From a virus, in IMG/VR virus record IMGVR_UViG_3300028563_000018, positions 1 through 64,000 of that record: 64,000 bases of DNA. One strand, 5' to 3'. Below, in pieces: positions 18,721 to 29,214 of this stretch. The notes beneath the pieces were generated by a model. It saw only the letters and a list, made by a program, of their open reading frames with translations, had not been told where the DNA came from and searched no databases. The translations under genes were made by a program, and so were the position numbers. How positions within the stretch are numbered: the stretch's first letter is position 1; every line of letters begins with the position of its first letter.

Positions 18721-19839
18721 GTGAAAACCGTCACCCTCGAAACGGCGACTCTCGCCGACGCGGTCATGCGGGCCGCGCGCGTTGCACCCACCAAGGGCGC
18801 GGCGTGGGACAAGGCCGCGGGCGTGCTCATTGAGGTCTACCCACAGAACGGTGGCACCTTGCGCGTCTCGGCCACCGACTTGGACGTCACCTACTACCAG
18901 CGCGTGCCCGTCGTCGAGGTGGGCGACGAGCCGGTGAAGTGGCGTGTGCCCTCTGCCCTTGCGTCTGGTTGGCTGTCGAACCTCCCGATGAGCGCGGGCA
19001 AGCAGATCGTGCTCACACAGACCGACGACGACAATCGATTGCAGATGAAGGCGGGAAGGTCCCGCACGAAGCTGCGCCTGCTCCCCGCAGAGTTCTTTCC
19101 CAAGATCACCCCCTTCGATCCGGCGCTTCTGGCCGACGTGCCGCATTTCGCACGACGGGTCGAGCAGGTCGAGTGGTGCACTCGCAAGGAACCCGGCGCT
19201 CTCGCTGGTGTGTATTTCGACGGCGACGAACTGATCGCCTGTGACGGTGTGCGGTTCGTGACGATGCCGCTGGTCTGTCCGGTGCCGAGCGACGACCAAG
19301 GCCGTCCTAGCCCGTTCAGCGTGCCCCTCGGCTCACTGGTGAACGTGATGCGGAACGCCGACGACGTGAAGCTGCGCGTCACCGACCGGCGACTGGAAAT
19401 CATGCCGGATCCCGACATTCAACTCACGGCAAGTCTCTACGCCGAACCGTATCCAGATGTGCGACGGCTGACCGCCGGCATTGTGCTCGAGCACGAGCTC
19501 ACGTTCTCGCGGGAGCAACTTCTCGATGCGCTCCAGCGCATGCTGGTTCTCGTGAAGACCGAGCGTTACCCGAAGGTCACGTGCTCGTTCCACAAGGACA
19601 CTCTCGAAATGAAGATGGTGCTTCCCGAAGTGGGGGAGACCGAAGACGAGATCGACGTGACCGACGGTCCCGAGACGCCGTTCCAGATCTTCTTCAACCC
19701 GACGAACCTTCTGGGCGTCGTGCAGAACGCCGCGCGCGAGAGCTTGCACCTGCATTTTGAACCCAACGCAGCGAAGCCAGTGAAGTTCACGGACGAGAGC
19801 GGGTTCACCGCCTGGCTGATGCCAATGGAGGTTGCGTGA
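18721..19839 (+). CDS. dnaN: DNA polymerase III beta sliding clamp-like protein
   Basis: ~372 aa; 'SATDLD', 'ACDGVR', 'YPDVRRL', C-terminal 'LMPM'. Confidence 0.8.
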   Translation: MKTVTLETATLADAVMRAARVAPTKGAAWDKAAGVLIEVYPQNGGTLRVSATDLDVTYYQRVPVVEVGDEPVKWRVPSALASGWLSNLPMSAGKQIVLTQTDDDNRLQMKAGRSRTKLRLLPAEFFPKITPFDPALLADVPHFARRVEQVEWCTRKEPGALAGVYFDGDELIACDGVRFVTMPLVCPVPSDDQGRPSPFSVPLGSLVNVMRNADDVKLRVTDRRLEIMPDPDIQLTASLYAEPYPDVRRLTAGIVLEHELTFSREQLLDALQRMLVLVKTERYPKVTCSFHKDTLEMKMVLPEVGETEDEIDVTDGPETPFQIFFNPTNLLGVVQNAARESLHLHFEPNAAKPVKFTDESGFTAWLMPMEVA

Positions 19840-20811
19840 TGGCCGCAATCAACCTCAATGCCGAAGACGAACGTGTCATCGTTGCGGCCCTTGAAGGCTA
19901 TGCGCGACACCTCGGGGCGCGCCGGGCGAAGCTGGAGCAAGACGCCACCGACGTGGCGCCGCTCACCGGCGTCCTGAACAACCTCGCGCGCGACCAGGAA
20001 CGGTCAGCGCGGATCGCACGCGTGATTCGGGAGTGGCGTGCAAGCGCTGATCGCACGTCATGAACGAACCGTCTCTCGCCGCAGCGAAAGCACGCGCCAT
20101 CCGACGCGTGCAAGCCAACCACTGGGACGAGTTCCTACGCGAGATGCGTGTGCTCGGGTGGGAGTACACGCCCGACTTCACTGGGCCACCCGGAACAACC
20201 ATGAAGCAGTGGCACAAGGTCGAGGAGCAGGAGCGAGTGAATGCCTGACGAAATCCCGATGGTTGAGCAGACCTGGGAACTCCCTTGCGGGTGTGTCGGC
20301 AGCTTCGGCCCCGACGCCCAGACATGCGATCACGAGTGCCACTGGATCCATCGGATGGTGTTCGCATGAGGCACTTGCAGTACGTCGAGCCGACGATCGC
20401 CCGCGCGCTCCTGACGCTCATGGAGAACGACGGGACCGTGATCAAGACCTACGACTCACCTCGTTCGTTCCTGCGCATCGAGCACGACGGTCGCATGTTC
20501 CGACTGAACGGTCAGGACCGCGAGACGTTGGAGCACGTGTATCTACCGGAGGTCGTGTGATGCAGCCAGCGAAGTTCGGTCCGGTCGGTGACCGCAATGC
20601 TCCTGTCGACCTTCACTTCCACGTGACGCTCACGACGACAGCGACGCCCGAGAACCGACACAAGGTCATCGAGCGGTTCAACCGCGAGCTGGAACTCCAG
20701 TTCGGTTCAGCCATCACAGTCAAAGAGATGAAAGCAGCCCAAATCCAAGTGCCTATCGGGGGGAGCAGCCCAGACCATGCTGCAACAACTTCACGAAGAG
20801 ATACTCACTGA
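19836..20811 (+). other. small hypothetical genes (19836-20063, 20060-20248, ~20345-20560, 20560-20811)
   Basis: Coupled ORFs in the operon. Confidence 0.45.
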
Positions 20812-21160
20812 CCCTGACACAAACTCCTGGCAGCAGTACGGAGCCTGCCGCACGGTGACAACCCTTACCCTCGCTGATTTTTTCTTCGAGGGCCGGTTCA
20901 AGCCTGGATCTGAAAACGAGAAGGCTCACATCAGTCGACTGCGTGCTGTGTGCGCGTCGTGTCCGGTGAACGAAGAGTGCGACAACTGGGCGACCCGCAA
21001 CCACGAGGCCGGGTACTGGGCGGGACTCACGGAAGACGATCGACGTAAGCGCAAGAGCCGACTCAAGCGTGAGCGGTGGCGAGCGTCCGACAAACAAAGG
21101 GAGAGAAGACGTGCTCAACGAGAAATGCTCGAGTTGTCGTTTCTTTCATCCGACGACTGA
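20777..21160 (+). CDS. whiB: WhiB-family transcription factor 1
   Basis: 'GAC...FF...CASCPVNEEC...GYWAG'; basic C-terminal extension. Confidence 0.8.
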   Translation: MLQQLHEEILTDPDTNSWQQYGACRTVTTLTLADFFFEGRFKPGSENEKAHISRLRAVCASCPVNEECDNWATRNHEAGYWAGLTEDDRRKRKSRLKRERWRASDKQRERRRAQREMLELSFLSSDD

Positions 21161-22114
21161 ACGACAGGGGGAGTGCCGGCTCGAGCCGCCGAGCGTGCAC
21201 GTGATCATCCCGCCGGTTCCGGTCGGCGCGGCGGCGCTGATTCAGAACAGCCCTTCGCCGATCAACGTGTCGCAGTGGCCGATCGTGCAGCCCGACCAGT
21301 GGTGCGGGAAGTACGTCGTTCATCCCGACACGCCAGAGTTCTGATGACCGTCGAAATCAAGGAGGAGGAACGACGCACACTCGCCGAGCGTCTGCGCGAG
21401 CGCTACGGCGACGACATCGCGGATCGGATCCTGGCGCCAGGATGGATGGATGACGCGGTGCGGGAAGTACGGGATTCAAGCTCGACGGCGCGCGCTCGTT
21501 TCGACGACGCCGCGATGACGCGCACAGAAGCACTCCCTCGTCAGGAGATCGTGAAGCAGGTTGCGGCTGCACGGTGGAAGTCACGGCGCGAGAACGAAGC
21601 GACGAGAGAGAAGACGCCTCTCCCGTCATGCCCGACGTGCGAGCCCGAGAAGTCTCAGGTTGTGCCGTGGACTGGTGACGGCGTCGGCAACGTGACGACG
21701 TGGCACTGCATCTCGTGTCAGAGCTACTGGGAGGTGTCGTGAGGACAATCATGGCAACCGCAGAATCATTGGTCGCCACATCGTTACAGATGGTGCCGTC
21801 GCGATGATGATGCTCTCAATAGACGGCGACCGTCGCAAGTACATGATCGCACCGAGCGCCTACTTGAAGATGAAGATCGCATGACGACGCGTCCCGAGAA
21901 CGGTCACGACGATGGTCCCGACGGCGACAAGGTGCGGAACATCGTCTCTGGGTCCAACTGGACCGCGGTCTGTAGTCGCTGCCCATTCACGATCTCTCCG
22001 ACCGATGAGCGCGGCCCTGCAATCGACGCCGCACAAACCCACGTCCGCGAAACCGGCCATGAGACGACATTCGTTGCCGAGATCACCTGGTCGTTGTCGA
22101 AGGTGGACCCGTGA
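21111..22114 (+). other. small zinc-binding hypothetical genes (21111-21344, 21344-21742, 21881-22114)
   Basis: CSSC...WCG, CPTC...CISC and CSRC...H..H motifs. Confidence 0.5.
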
Positions 22115-22341
22115 CAACGACGTTCTTTGAGCGCGCCGCCTGCAAGGGTCTACCGACAGAAGTGTTCTTTCCTGAGCACGGACGCCGCGGCACAGAAGCC
22201 ATCGCTGTGTGCAAGGTCTGCCCAGTGATCACCGACTGTCTTCGCTACCACGTCGCCGTCTCGGACGAAAGCAACGACGGCGGCGGCGTGTGGGGCGGCA
22301 CGACCGAACGCGAGCGCAAGCGAATGAGGAGAAGCGCATGA
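22111..22341 (+). CDS. whiB: WhiB-family transcription factor 2
   Basis: 'AACKG...FFP...CKVCPVITDC...GVWGGTTERER'. Confidence 0.9.
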   Translation: MTTTFFERAACKGLPTEVFFPEHGRRGTEAIAVCKVCPVITDCLRYHVAVSDESNDGGGVWGGTTERERKRMRRSA

Positions 22342-22561
22342 CATTACGCGAGCCAGCCGAGGTCACAGTGCAGCACATCGCCTTTGGTTACACGTTGCGC
22401 TGGCGCAGGCTCAACAAAACTTATGATACTCCGTATTGGACTCCGTATTGGAAGTGGCTCCCCTCCAAGCGTTGGGCAAATTGGAGTGCACGACGTATCG
22501 CAGCGCGCCTCGATCGTCAGATCGATCGTCACTACAACGCGTTCTGGAAGGTTCGTGCATC

Positions 22562-23065
22562 ATGATCACCCCGACGTTTTATCTCGTGAAGGGCGTTCAG
22601 CCTCAGCCGTGGACGGCGCCGACGTTTACGCGCGGTCGCAGTAAGACCGTCACGTTCAAGAATGGTCCGCTCGACATCTACCAACGTGCGCTCGCCGAGG
22701 CGATCCTCGACATCCGACCCGACGTCGTTCCCACCACCGAGGACATCGCGCTCGACCTGTGGATCTGGCGAGAGCTTGAGCAGTACGAAACCGAGAGCGG
22801 TCGCAAACAGACGACGCACCGCGCCGACCGGTCGAACATCCTGAAGGCCACCGAGGACGCGCTACAGAAGTCGAAAGAGGCGCTTCGTGGAATTCTCTTC
22901 TTGAATGACGTTCAAGTCGTGAGTGGAAACACCGTCATCGTTGAGCAGGAGATCGGCACAGAGCCGTGCGTGCTCGTCAAAATCGGACCACCCTCCTTCG
23001 GGATCGGACCCTTGGCGCGCGCGAACCTTGAAATTAACGGTAGATCGTGGGTAGAGATCTCATGA
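22562..23065 (+). CDS. rusA: RusA-like Holliday junction resolvase
   Basis: 'ADRSNILKATEDAL...LNDVQV' matches the RusA D-N-K-D pattern. Confidence 0.7.
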   Translation: MITPTFYLVKGVQPQPWTAPTFTRGRSKTVTFKNGPLDIYQRALAEAILDIRPDVVPTTEDIALDLWIWRELEQYETESGRKQTTHRADRSNILKATEDALQKSKEALRGILFLNDVQVVSGNTVIVEQEIGTEPCVLVKIGPPSFGIGPLARANLEINGRSWVEIS

Positions 23066-23760
23066 TCCAACACGAGATTCGCCACGGCGACTGCCGTGAA
23101 CTGATCAAGCGGATCGACGAGCCCGTTCAGTGCGTGATCACCGATCCGCCTTACGGCAAGAACTTCCTTTCGCACCGTGCCATCACTCCGCACGGCAAGA
23201 CCTTCGCTCAGGAAATCGCCGGCGACGAAACGCTTGAGGGTGCCATCTCGCTGTTCAGCGAGACGATGGACCTGTTGCTCCCGAAGTGCAGTGACCCTTC
23301 CGAGCTCTACGTGTTCACGAACTACGACATCATCGACACGTGGCTGCCAGCAATCCGCGACCTCAAGCGGCATGGATTCTCTTATAAAATGCTGCTTGTG
23401 TGGCAGAAGGGCGTCCCTGGTCAGGGAGATATCGATGCCTGCTGGGGATGCGGCCATGAGTTGATCATGTACTGTAAGCGCGGGCGGCGCGACGTGCCGT
23501 TCCGACGCTCAGGCATCATCGCCGTGGACAAGGTTGCGAACATGCACCACATCCACAGTTCGGAAAAGCCCGTAGCTCTCATCGAGAAGCTCATCGAGAT
23601 GAGCACCGATCCCGGCGACCTGGTGGTCGACCCGTTCAGCGGCTCGGGCAGCACGGTGCTTGCCGCTCGGAACCTGGGCCGACGCGGACTCGGCATCGAA
23701 CTCGACGAGAAGTATGTGCAGGGTTCGCGCAGGCGTCTAGAACAGAAGGTGTTTGGGTGA
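23062..23760 (+). CDS. N4-C/N6-A DNA methyltransferase (beta class)
   Basis: 'TDPPY' precedes 'EKP' and 'DPFSGSGS'. Confidence 0.9.
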   Translation: MIQHEIRHGDCRELIKRIDEPVQCVITDPPYGKNFLSHRAITPHGKTFAQEIAGDETLEGAISLFSETMDLLLPKCSDPSELYVFTNYDIIDTWLPAIRDLKRHGFSYKMLLVWQKGVPGQGDIDACWGCGHELIMYCKRGRRDVPFRRSGIIAVDKVANMHHIHSSEKPVALIEKLIEMSTDPGDLVVDPFSGSGSTVLAARNLGRRGLGIELDEKYVQGSRRRLEQKVFG

Positions 23761-23966
23761 ATGAGGAACGCAAGCTCCTGATCGCCATCCTCAAAGAGAT
23801 GGAAGCGACCAGGGGTTGGTACTTCCGATGCCTTCAGCCGCACAGCAAGTCCATCGCGGCTGCGCGGAAGTTCTTGAAGCGTCGCGCTGACCGGGAATAC
23901 AGATACGAATAAAAGACCCCCCCACCAGCTTCAAAGTCTAAACACGATTCTGACACGCTTTCTGCG

Positions 23967-24356
23967 GTGCCCCCGCAGGACCCGCAAAGACAGCAAATTG
24001 CGCGGTTCTTCACGTTCGACGACAAGGATCGCGAATGGCGAGAACGTGCGCTCTGTCGAACTCTCGACATGCCCGTTGCCGAAAGGGTGAGGCTCTTCTT
24101 TCCTGTACGCGGCTCAGCGCAGAAAGAAGCCAAGGCGATCTGCGCCGCGTGCCCGGTCAAACGCGAGTGCCGGGCGTACGCCGAAAAGTCGAAGTCCTAC
24201 TACGGGATCTGGGGCGGCGAAGCTCGACCGCACTTCGTGCAGCGGGAAAAAGTTGCTTCCCCGTCGGAGACGCTGACACTGGTGTTCGGCGATGAGCCAG
24301 ACAAGTCTGGACAATGGCGCCTGCCAGCACTTGAACGCTTCTACCGCGGCGAATGA
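23967..24356 (+). CDS. whiB: WhiB-family transcription factor 3
   Basis: 'WRERALC...FFP...AKAICAACPVKREC...YGIWGG'. Confidence 0.9.
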   Translation: MPPQDPQRQQIARFFTFDDKDREWRERALCRTLDMPVAERVRLFFPVRGSAQKEAKAICAACPVKRECRAYAEKSKSYYGIWGGEARPHFVQREKVASPSETLTLVFGDEPDKSGQWRLPALERFYRGE

Positions 24357-24359
24357 GCA

Positions 24360-25514
24360 ATGAAGCTGCGAACGCTTTCGGCTAGCGCGGCGGATTGCTA
24401 TGAGTCGTGCCCGGCGCGCTACAAGGCGCAGTACCAGGGCGAACGCGTTCAGGAAGTCGCATCCGGCGCGGCGGATATCGGGACGGCCTGTCATGAAGCG
24501 CTCGAGCTGTTCGTCCAGGAGATGATCCACGCAGGCCAACCTGCCGGAGAACCGCGTCTGAAGGAACTTCTCGAGTACTTCAACACCGCCTACTGGAAGC
24601 TCTTCACAGATCGCGAACGCTACGACGAAGGCGTCGCCATGCTGAAGACCTGGCACGCCCGCATGGACTGGACTGGGCGCACCGTCTTGTCGACCGAGAC
24701 GAAAGAGTTCTTCCCACTCCCGACGTCGATAGGCGACGTGCGGGTGAACTACATCTACGACCGACTCGATCAACACGCCGACGGCACGGTCGAAGTCATC
24801 GACTACAAGACGGTGTCGCAGCCGATTCAGCCGGGCGAGCTCAAGCACCGGATCCAACCGCGGCTCTATGCCCTGGCCGCAGCGATCAAGTTCCCCGACG
24901 CACCGAAGATCAAGGTCACGCTCGACCTCCTGCGCTACGACCAGGTCGGCACCGTGTTCACGCGCGACGACAACGTCACGACGTGGAAGTACCTCAAACA
25001 CCTGGCCGAGCGCATCATCGCCGACAACACCGCGAAGGAGCGCGTCAATGCTGACTGTCGTTGGTGCATCCGACGTGATATCTGTGCGTCTCTTCGTAGG
25101 CACGTTGCCATCGGAGGACCCCTTTCCTTGGACGACCCCGTCGCAGCAGTCGATCTTCGCCGCGAGCTTGTCGATCAAAAGTCTGCCATCGGCAAAGTCC
25201 TCGACGACATCGACGACTACCTGATCGACTGGGCGCGCGAGCACGACACGCTCGTCCTGGAAACTGACCAGACGGTCATGGAGATCGGGGCGCGCCAGAC
25301 CCGCGGAATTGACGCCGAGCGCGCCGCCCAGGTCATCGGTGCCGAGATTGTTGCTCGCCACGGATCTTTGACAATGACCGAAGTCGACCGTTTGCTCAAA
25401 GGGTCGGAACTGAGCGACGAGCAGAAGATGTCGTTGCGCGCACTGATCACGCGCAACTACGGCTCGCCAAGCGTCAAGACGAAGTCTAAGCCTGCTCACG
25501 AGAGGAATCCATGA
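24360..25514 (+). CDS. PD-(D/E)XK (RecB/Cas4-like) exonuclease
   Basis: 'CPARY', 'GTACHEALE', 'YDRLD...IDYKT', 'QPRLYA', 'CRWC...C'. Confidence 0.85.
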   Translation: MKLRTLSASAADCYESCPARYKAQYQGERVQEVASGAADIGTACHEALELFVQEMIHAGQPAGEPRLKELLEYFNTAYWKLFTDRERYDEGVAMLKTWHARMDWTGRTVLSTETKEFFPLPTSIGDVRVNYIYDRLDQHADGTVEVIDYKTVSQPIQPGELKHRIQPRLYALAAAIKFPDAPKIKVTLDLLRYDQVGTVFTRDDNVTTWKYLKHLAERIIADNTAKERVNADCRWCIRRDICASLRRHVAIGGPLSLDDPVAAVDLRRELVDQKSAIGKVLDDIDDYLIDWAREHDTLVLETDQTVMEIGARQTRGIDAERAAQVIGAEIVARHGSLTMTEVDRLLKGSELSDEQKMSLRALITRNYGSPSVKTKSKPAHERNP

Positions 25515-26377
25515 GAGTCGCAGTCTCCGGTGGCGCAGGCTTCTTGGGCCGTGCCACCGTCAATCGCCTCCACGGGCTGGGTCACGACACGCTCTCGATC
25601 GACCGATCTACTGACGGCCACAACGCCGAGGACCGGTGGGCCTTCGACGTACGCAACGCCGAGGCGATGATGAAGGCAATCGACGGCTGCGACGCCGTGA
25701 TTCACCTGGCGGGCGTGCTCGGAACGTCGGAACTGTTCGACACGCCCGAACTCGCGATCGACGTGAACGTGCACGGCACGCTGAACGTCCTACGTGCGTG
25801 CGTGGCTGCCGGAGCGACCTACACCGGCATCGCAATGCCGCCGGTCTTCCCGTCGATCTACACAGCCACCAAGGTCTGTGCGACACGACTGGCGTCGGCG
25901 TTCCACAACAAGTATGAGCTGCCGGTGTCGCACGTGAAGGCCTTCAACGCCTTCGGCCCCGGCCAGGCGCACGGACACGGACACCCGCGCAAGATCGTTC
26001 CGGCGTTCTCGGTGGAAGCGTGGCAACGCAAGCCGTTGACGATCTGGGGTGATGGCGAGCAGACGGTCGACCTCATCCACACCGATGATCTTGCTCACCT
26101 GCTTGTCGACGCGATCGGCTTTGGCAACGACGAGACCTTCGACGGCGGTACCGGTACCTCGATGACGGTCAACGAGGTGGCCCGCTGGGTGAACATGGTA
26201 GCGATGAACCAGCACAGCGGCGTGCAACACATGCCGATGCGCCCTGGCGAGATTCCGACGAAGATCCAAGCGCAGGGTGAGGGTTGGGATCTCCTCGACT
26301 GGCGACCGCGTCTTCAGATGCAGTCGTTCGCTGACGCGGTGTTGTCGTACAAAGAGCTTGCCGAGCGCAGCGCGTGA
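25511..26377 (+). CDS. NAD-dependent nucleotide-sugar epimerase/dehydratase
   Basis: 'GGAGFLG', 'HLAG', 'YTATK', 'IWGDGEQTVD'. Confidence 0.9.
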   Translation: MRVAVSGGAGFLGRATVNRLHGLGHDTLSIDRSTDGHNAEDRWAFDVRNAEAMMKAIDGCDAVIHLAGVLGTSELFDTPELAIDVNVHGTLNVLRACVAAGATYTGIAMPPVFPSIYTATKVCATRLASAFHNKYELPVSHVKAFNAFGPGQAHGHGHPRKIVPAFSVEAWQRKPLTIWGDGEQTVDLIHTDDLAHLLVDAIGFGNDETFDGGTGTSMTVNEVARWVNMVAMNQHSGVQHMPMRPGEIPTKIQAQGEGWDLLDWRPRLQMQSFADAVLSYKELAERSA

Positions 26378-27042
26378 AGCTCGCCATCTACACCGCAAAC
26401 TTCGGCGGCATCGACACGTTCCACACACTGGCTGACCTCCCGAAGAGTGACCTGTACGACCGGGTGCTCTTCACTGATGACCAGACCTGTCGCTGGCGAG
26501 CAAACGAACTGGCCGACCACGTCTTCGTCGTCCCGCCACAAGCCAACCCGCGCCTCCAGGCCAAAGCCTTCAAATGTCAACTCCACTCGTTGCAGCATCA
26601 CGTCTCGATCTGGGTCGACAGTTCGGCGGTCATTCCGGACGGGGAAGCGCTCGTCCGGATGGCGCTCGAGCACCTGCCGTTCGGACTCTGGGCGCACCCG
26701 GATCGCACGAATATCTACGACGAACTCAAGCTCTCGGAGACCCTCCCGAAATACCAAGATCAAGTGCAGGAAATGAAAGACATGGTCGCCGACTACGAAC
26801 GCTACGGCTTTCCGGTGCACCGCGGCCCGCTCTATGCCTCGGGTGTGATCGTTCGCGATCACCGCGATCCCGTCGTGAACGCTGCGATAGCGCGTTGGTG
26901 GCGCGAGATCACCCACTGGGGCGTGACGCAAGATCAGCTTTCCCTTCCCGTCGCACTGGAAGATGTTTCCGTTTCGACCTTCCCGCAGAACCTCTGGACC
27001 AACGACTGGGTCCAGTGGGCCGGCCATAACCATCAGAGGTGA
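26374..27042 (+). CDS. DUF616-like glycosyltransferase
   Basis: 'IYTANFGGID', 'LFTDD', 'SIWVD', 'HPDRTNIYDE', 'QDQLSLP'. Confidence 0.7.
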   Translation: MKLAIYTANFGGIDTFHTLADLPKSDLYDRVLFTDDQTCRWRANELADHVFVVPPQANPRLQAKAFKCQLHSLQHHVSIWVDSSAVIPDGEALVRMALEHLPFGLWAHPDRTNIYDELKLSETLPKYQDQVQEMKDMVADYERYGFPVHRGPLYASGVIVRDHRDPVVNAAIARWWREITHWGVTQDQLSLPVALEDVSVSTFPQNLWTNDWVQWAGHNHQR

Positions 27043-27046
27043 GCAC

Positions 27047-27262
27047 TTGCGAAGATTCCAGCTAGAGCGAGATGAGGATGAAACCGGTGTATCCGGCGAA
27101 GGCATCGTCGCTTGGGGTATCGAGTTCCCTGACGGCGTGTGCGTGACGCGCTGGTGCGTGACCGACATTCGTCAGACGTGCGTGTGGGCCTCGATGACCG
27201 ACATCGAATACGTGCACGGTCACGGCGGCAAGACGCGCATCGTCTACTTGGATGTAGCATGA
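27047..27262 (+). CDS. small hypothetical phage protein
   Basis: 'RFQLERDEDETGVSGEGIVAWGIEFPDG...HGHGGKTRIV' with an RBS-like GAGGTG. Confidence 0.6.
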   Translation: MRRFQLERDEDETGVSGEGIVAWGIEFPDGVCVTRWCVTDIRQTCVWASMTDIEYVHGHGGKTRIVYLDVA

Positions 27263-27693
27263 AACTCGAACTTGGCGGTGGGCATCTCTGCCCTCCTGAC
27301 GCAGTGAATCTGGACCCCGTGCACGGGCAGAACGAGTGGCGTCGACTCGCCCAAAGCGCGCCCTGGCCTTGTGAGCCCGAGACTTTCGACTCCATCATGG
27401 CGAGTCACGTGATGGAGCACATCCCCGCCGGCCAGGACCGCATCAACGTGATGAACGAAGCCTGGCGCGTAATCAAGCCTGGTGGGGTCTTCACGATCAT
27501 CGTTCCCCTCATGCCTTCGTGGCAAGCCCTAGCGGATCCGACGCACGTCTCGTTCTGGTGCCCGCAAAGCCTGGAGTATTTCACCGGGCGGTTGAGCGCG
27601 CAGGCTGATTACGGAATCAAGTACTGGGACGCCGAAGCCATGATCGTCGAGGACGAGTGGCTTGGCACGTGGAAGGGAACGAAGCGCTCATGA
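27259..27693 (+). CDS. class I SAM-dependent methyltransferase
   Basis: 'LELGGG', 'SHVMEHI', 'WRVIKPGG', 'DPTH'. Confidence 0.85.
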   Translation: MKLELGGGHLCPPDAVNLDPVHGQNEWRRLAQSAPWPCEPETFDSIMASHVMEHIPAGQDRINVMNEAWRVIKPGGVFTIIVPLMPSWQALADPTHVSFWCPQSLEYFTGRLSAQADYGIKYWDAEAMIVEDEWLGTWKGTKRS

Positions 27694-27847
27694 TCTCTAC
27701 TTCTGATGACGAATTCGTCACACCACCAGAGAAACGAGCGGCCGTTCGTCGATGGAATGTCGAGAACCGTGATCGCAAACGCGAGAACGATCGACGATAC
27801 CGCGAGACCCATAAGGAAAAGAAGCGCGAAAACCTGGAGGCGCATTC

Positions 27848-28561
27848 ATGATCGTTGTAGCAACGACGATGGCGCCTTGGAAGGCCAGACTCGGTCAGGT
27901 CAACACCTGGCTAGAGAACGCCGAGGAGATGGTCGATTCAGTCGATCCCACAGAGGTGCGATTCTTTGCCGCCATCGAGGTCGACGGCGAAGGACTGGAC
28001 CCCTACGCGCACTTCCTCGATGATTACGAGGGCGTCTGTCGAGTGACTGAGACATCATGTGACTACTGGCGCTTCGCAATGGATGATGGTCATTCCGCCG
28101 TAACCGGAAATGACAGACTCTTGAGAATTTGCTGCGGACGCAACATGGCCCACGAGTACGCCCAACGTAACGGCGCGTCGCACATCTTGTTCGTGGACAG
28201 CGACGTGCGCGTGCCCGGCGACACGATCCCGAAGCTGCTGGAACTCGATCATCCGATCGTCGGCGGCTTCATCGGCGCGTACGCAGGCGTGCACTGGTAT
28301 GACGGGCCGAGCGTGCCGACGGCGCCGGGCGACACTCGCATCCACTGGGACAGCGCTGGCTGCCTGATGGTCGCGTCCGAAGTGTTCTCGCGCGTCGCGT
28401 GGAACTACGACCTGAGTGCTGGCAACACCGACGATCCGGCCTTCCAGCGCAACGTCGAAGAACTACTCGGCTACCAGACCTGGGTGCGGCATGACTTGTT
28501 GTGCGAGCACGTCGGCCCCTGTGGCGTCGAAGGCCGCGGAGCGGAGCGCGTCCCGTGGTGA
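27848..28561 (+). CDS. GT-A fold glycosyltransferase
   Basis: 'GRN...HILFVDSD', 'AGCLMV', 'TDD...F'. Confidence 0.7.
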   Translation: MIVVATTMAPWKARLGQVNTWLENAEEMVDSVDPTEVRFFAAIEVDGEGLDPYAHFLDDYEGVCRVTETSCDYWRFAMDDGHSAVTGNDRLLRICCGRNMAHEYAQRNGASHILFVDSDVRVPGDTIPKLLELDHPIVGGFIGAYAGVHWYDGPSVPTAPGDTRIHWDSAGCLMVASEVFSRVAWNYDLSAGNTDDPAFQRNVEELLGYQTWVRHDLLCEHVGPCGVEGRGAERVPW

Positions 28562-29214
28562 GAACAGTCGTCGGCATCCCGACGCTCGGCGAGTCGGAGT
28601 TGCTCGGCCCGCTCGTCGATGAGCTCGTCCGGCAGGGCGGCTTCGACGACCTGTTGATCATGGACGACCGCAACCGTGCCGGGTTGGGATCTTTCTACTC
28701 GACGTGGAATCGCTCATGGCGATATGCCGCGCACAAGATCTCTGAATTCGACAGCACGCCAATCGTTTGTGACCCCGCGAACCTCGTTCTCCTCAACGAC
28801 GACATCGTGATTCCGAAGCGCTTCGTAGAGCGGCTGTGTGACGCTCTGCGCTCACGCGAAGACGCGTGGCTCACGTACCCCGATTACACGCTGGCGATCG
28901 AGCAGGACGGCAACGTGCCGTTCAGGCTGACACCTACGCTCGGGACGTACCGCCAAGGTGGGATGTGGGGGGCAGCCTTCGCTCTGCGCGCCGAACTGTT
29001 GAACGATCCGTTGCCGTCTATTGACGAGACCTACAAGATTTGGGCTGGCGATGACATGCTCGTGGAGGAAATCAGACTACACGGCGGCAAGACGTACCGC
29101 GTCGAGGGACTCGCGCTCGAGCACGCTGCGAGCACGACATTCTCTAAGCACCCTGAACTTCAAGCGCCGGGTTGGGAAGACCTGGAACGGTTCCAGAAGA
29201 AGTACCACTCGTGA
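28558..29214 (+). CDS. GT2-like glycosyltransferase
   Basis: 'WN...LVLLNDDI', 'GAAFALR', 'WAGDD'. Confidence 0.7.
   Translation: MRTVVGIPTLGESELLGPLVDELVRQGGFDDLLIMDDRNRAGLGSFYSTWNRSWRYAAHKISEFDSTPIVCDPANLVLLNDDIVIPKRFVERLCDALRSREDAWLTYPDYTLAIEQDGNVPFRLTPTLGTYRQGGMWGAAFALRAELLNDPLPSIDETYKIWAGDDMLVEEIRLHGGKTYRVEGLALEHAASTTFSKHPELQAPGWEDLERFQKKYHS

Noticed and set aside
22428-22451. Tandem ACTCCGTATTGG x2
   Set aside because: In-frame duplication encoding TPYWTPYW; only two copies and no regulatory context
24360-25514. Cas4-like nuclease as evidence of a CRISPR system
   Set aside because: No repeat-spacer array or other cas genes seen; solo PD-(D/E)XK nucleases are common in phages
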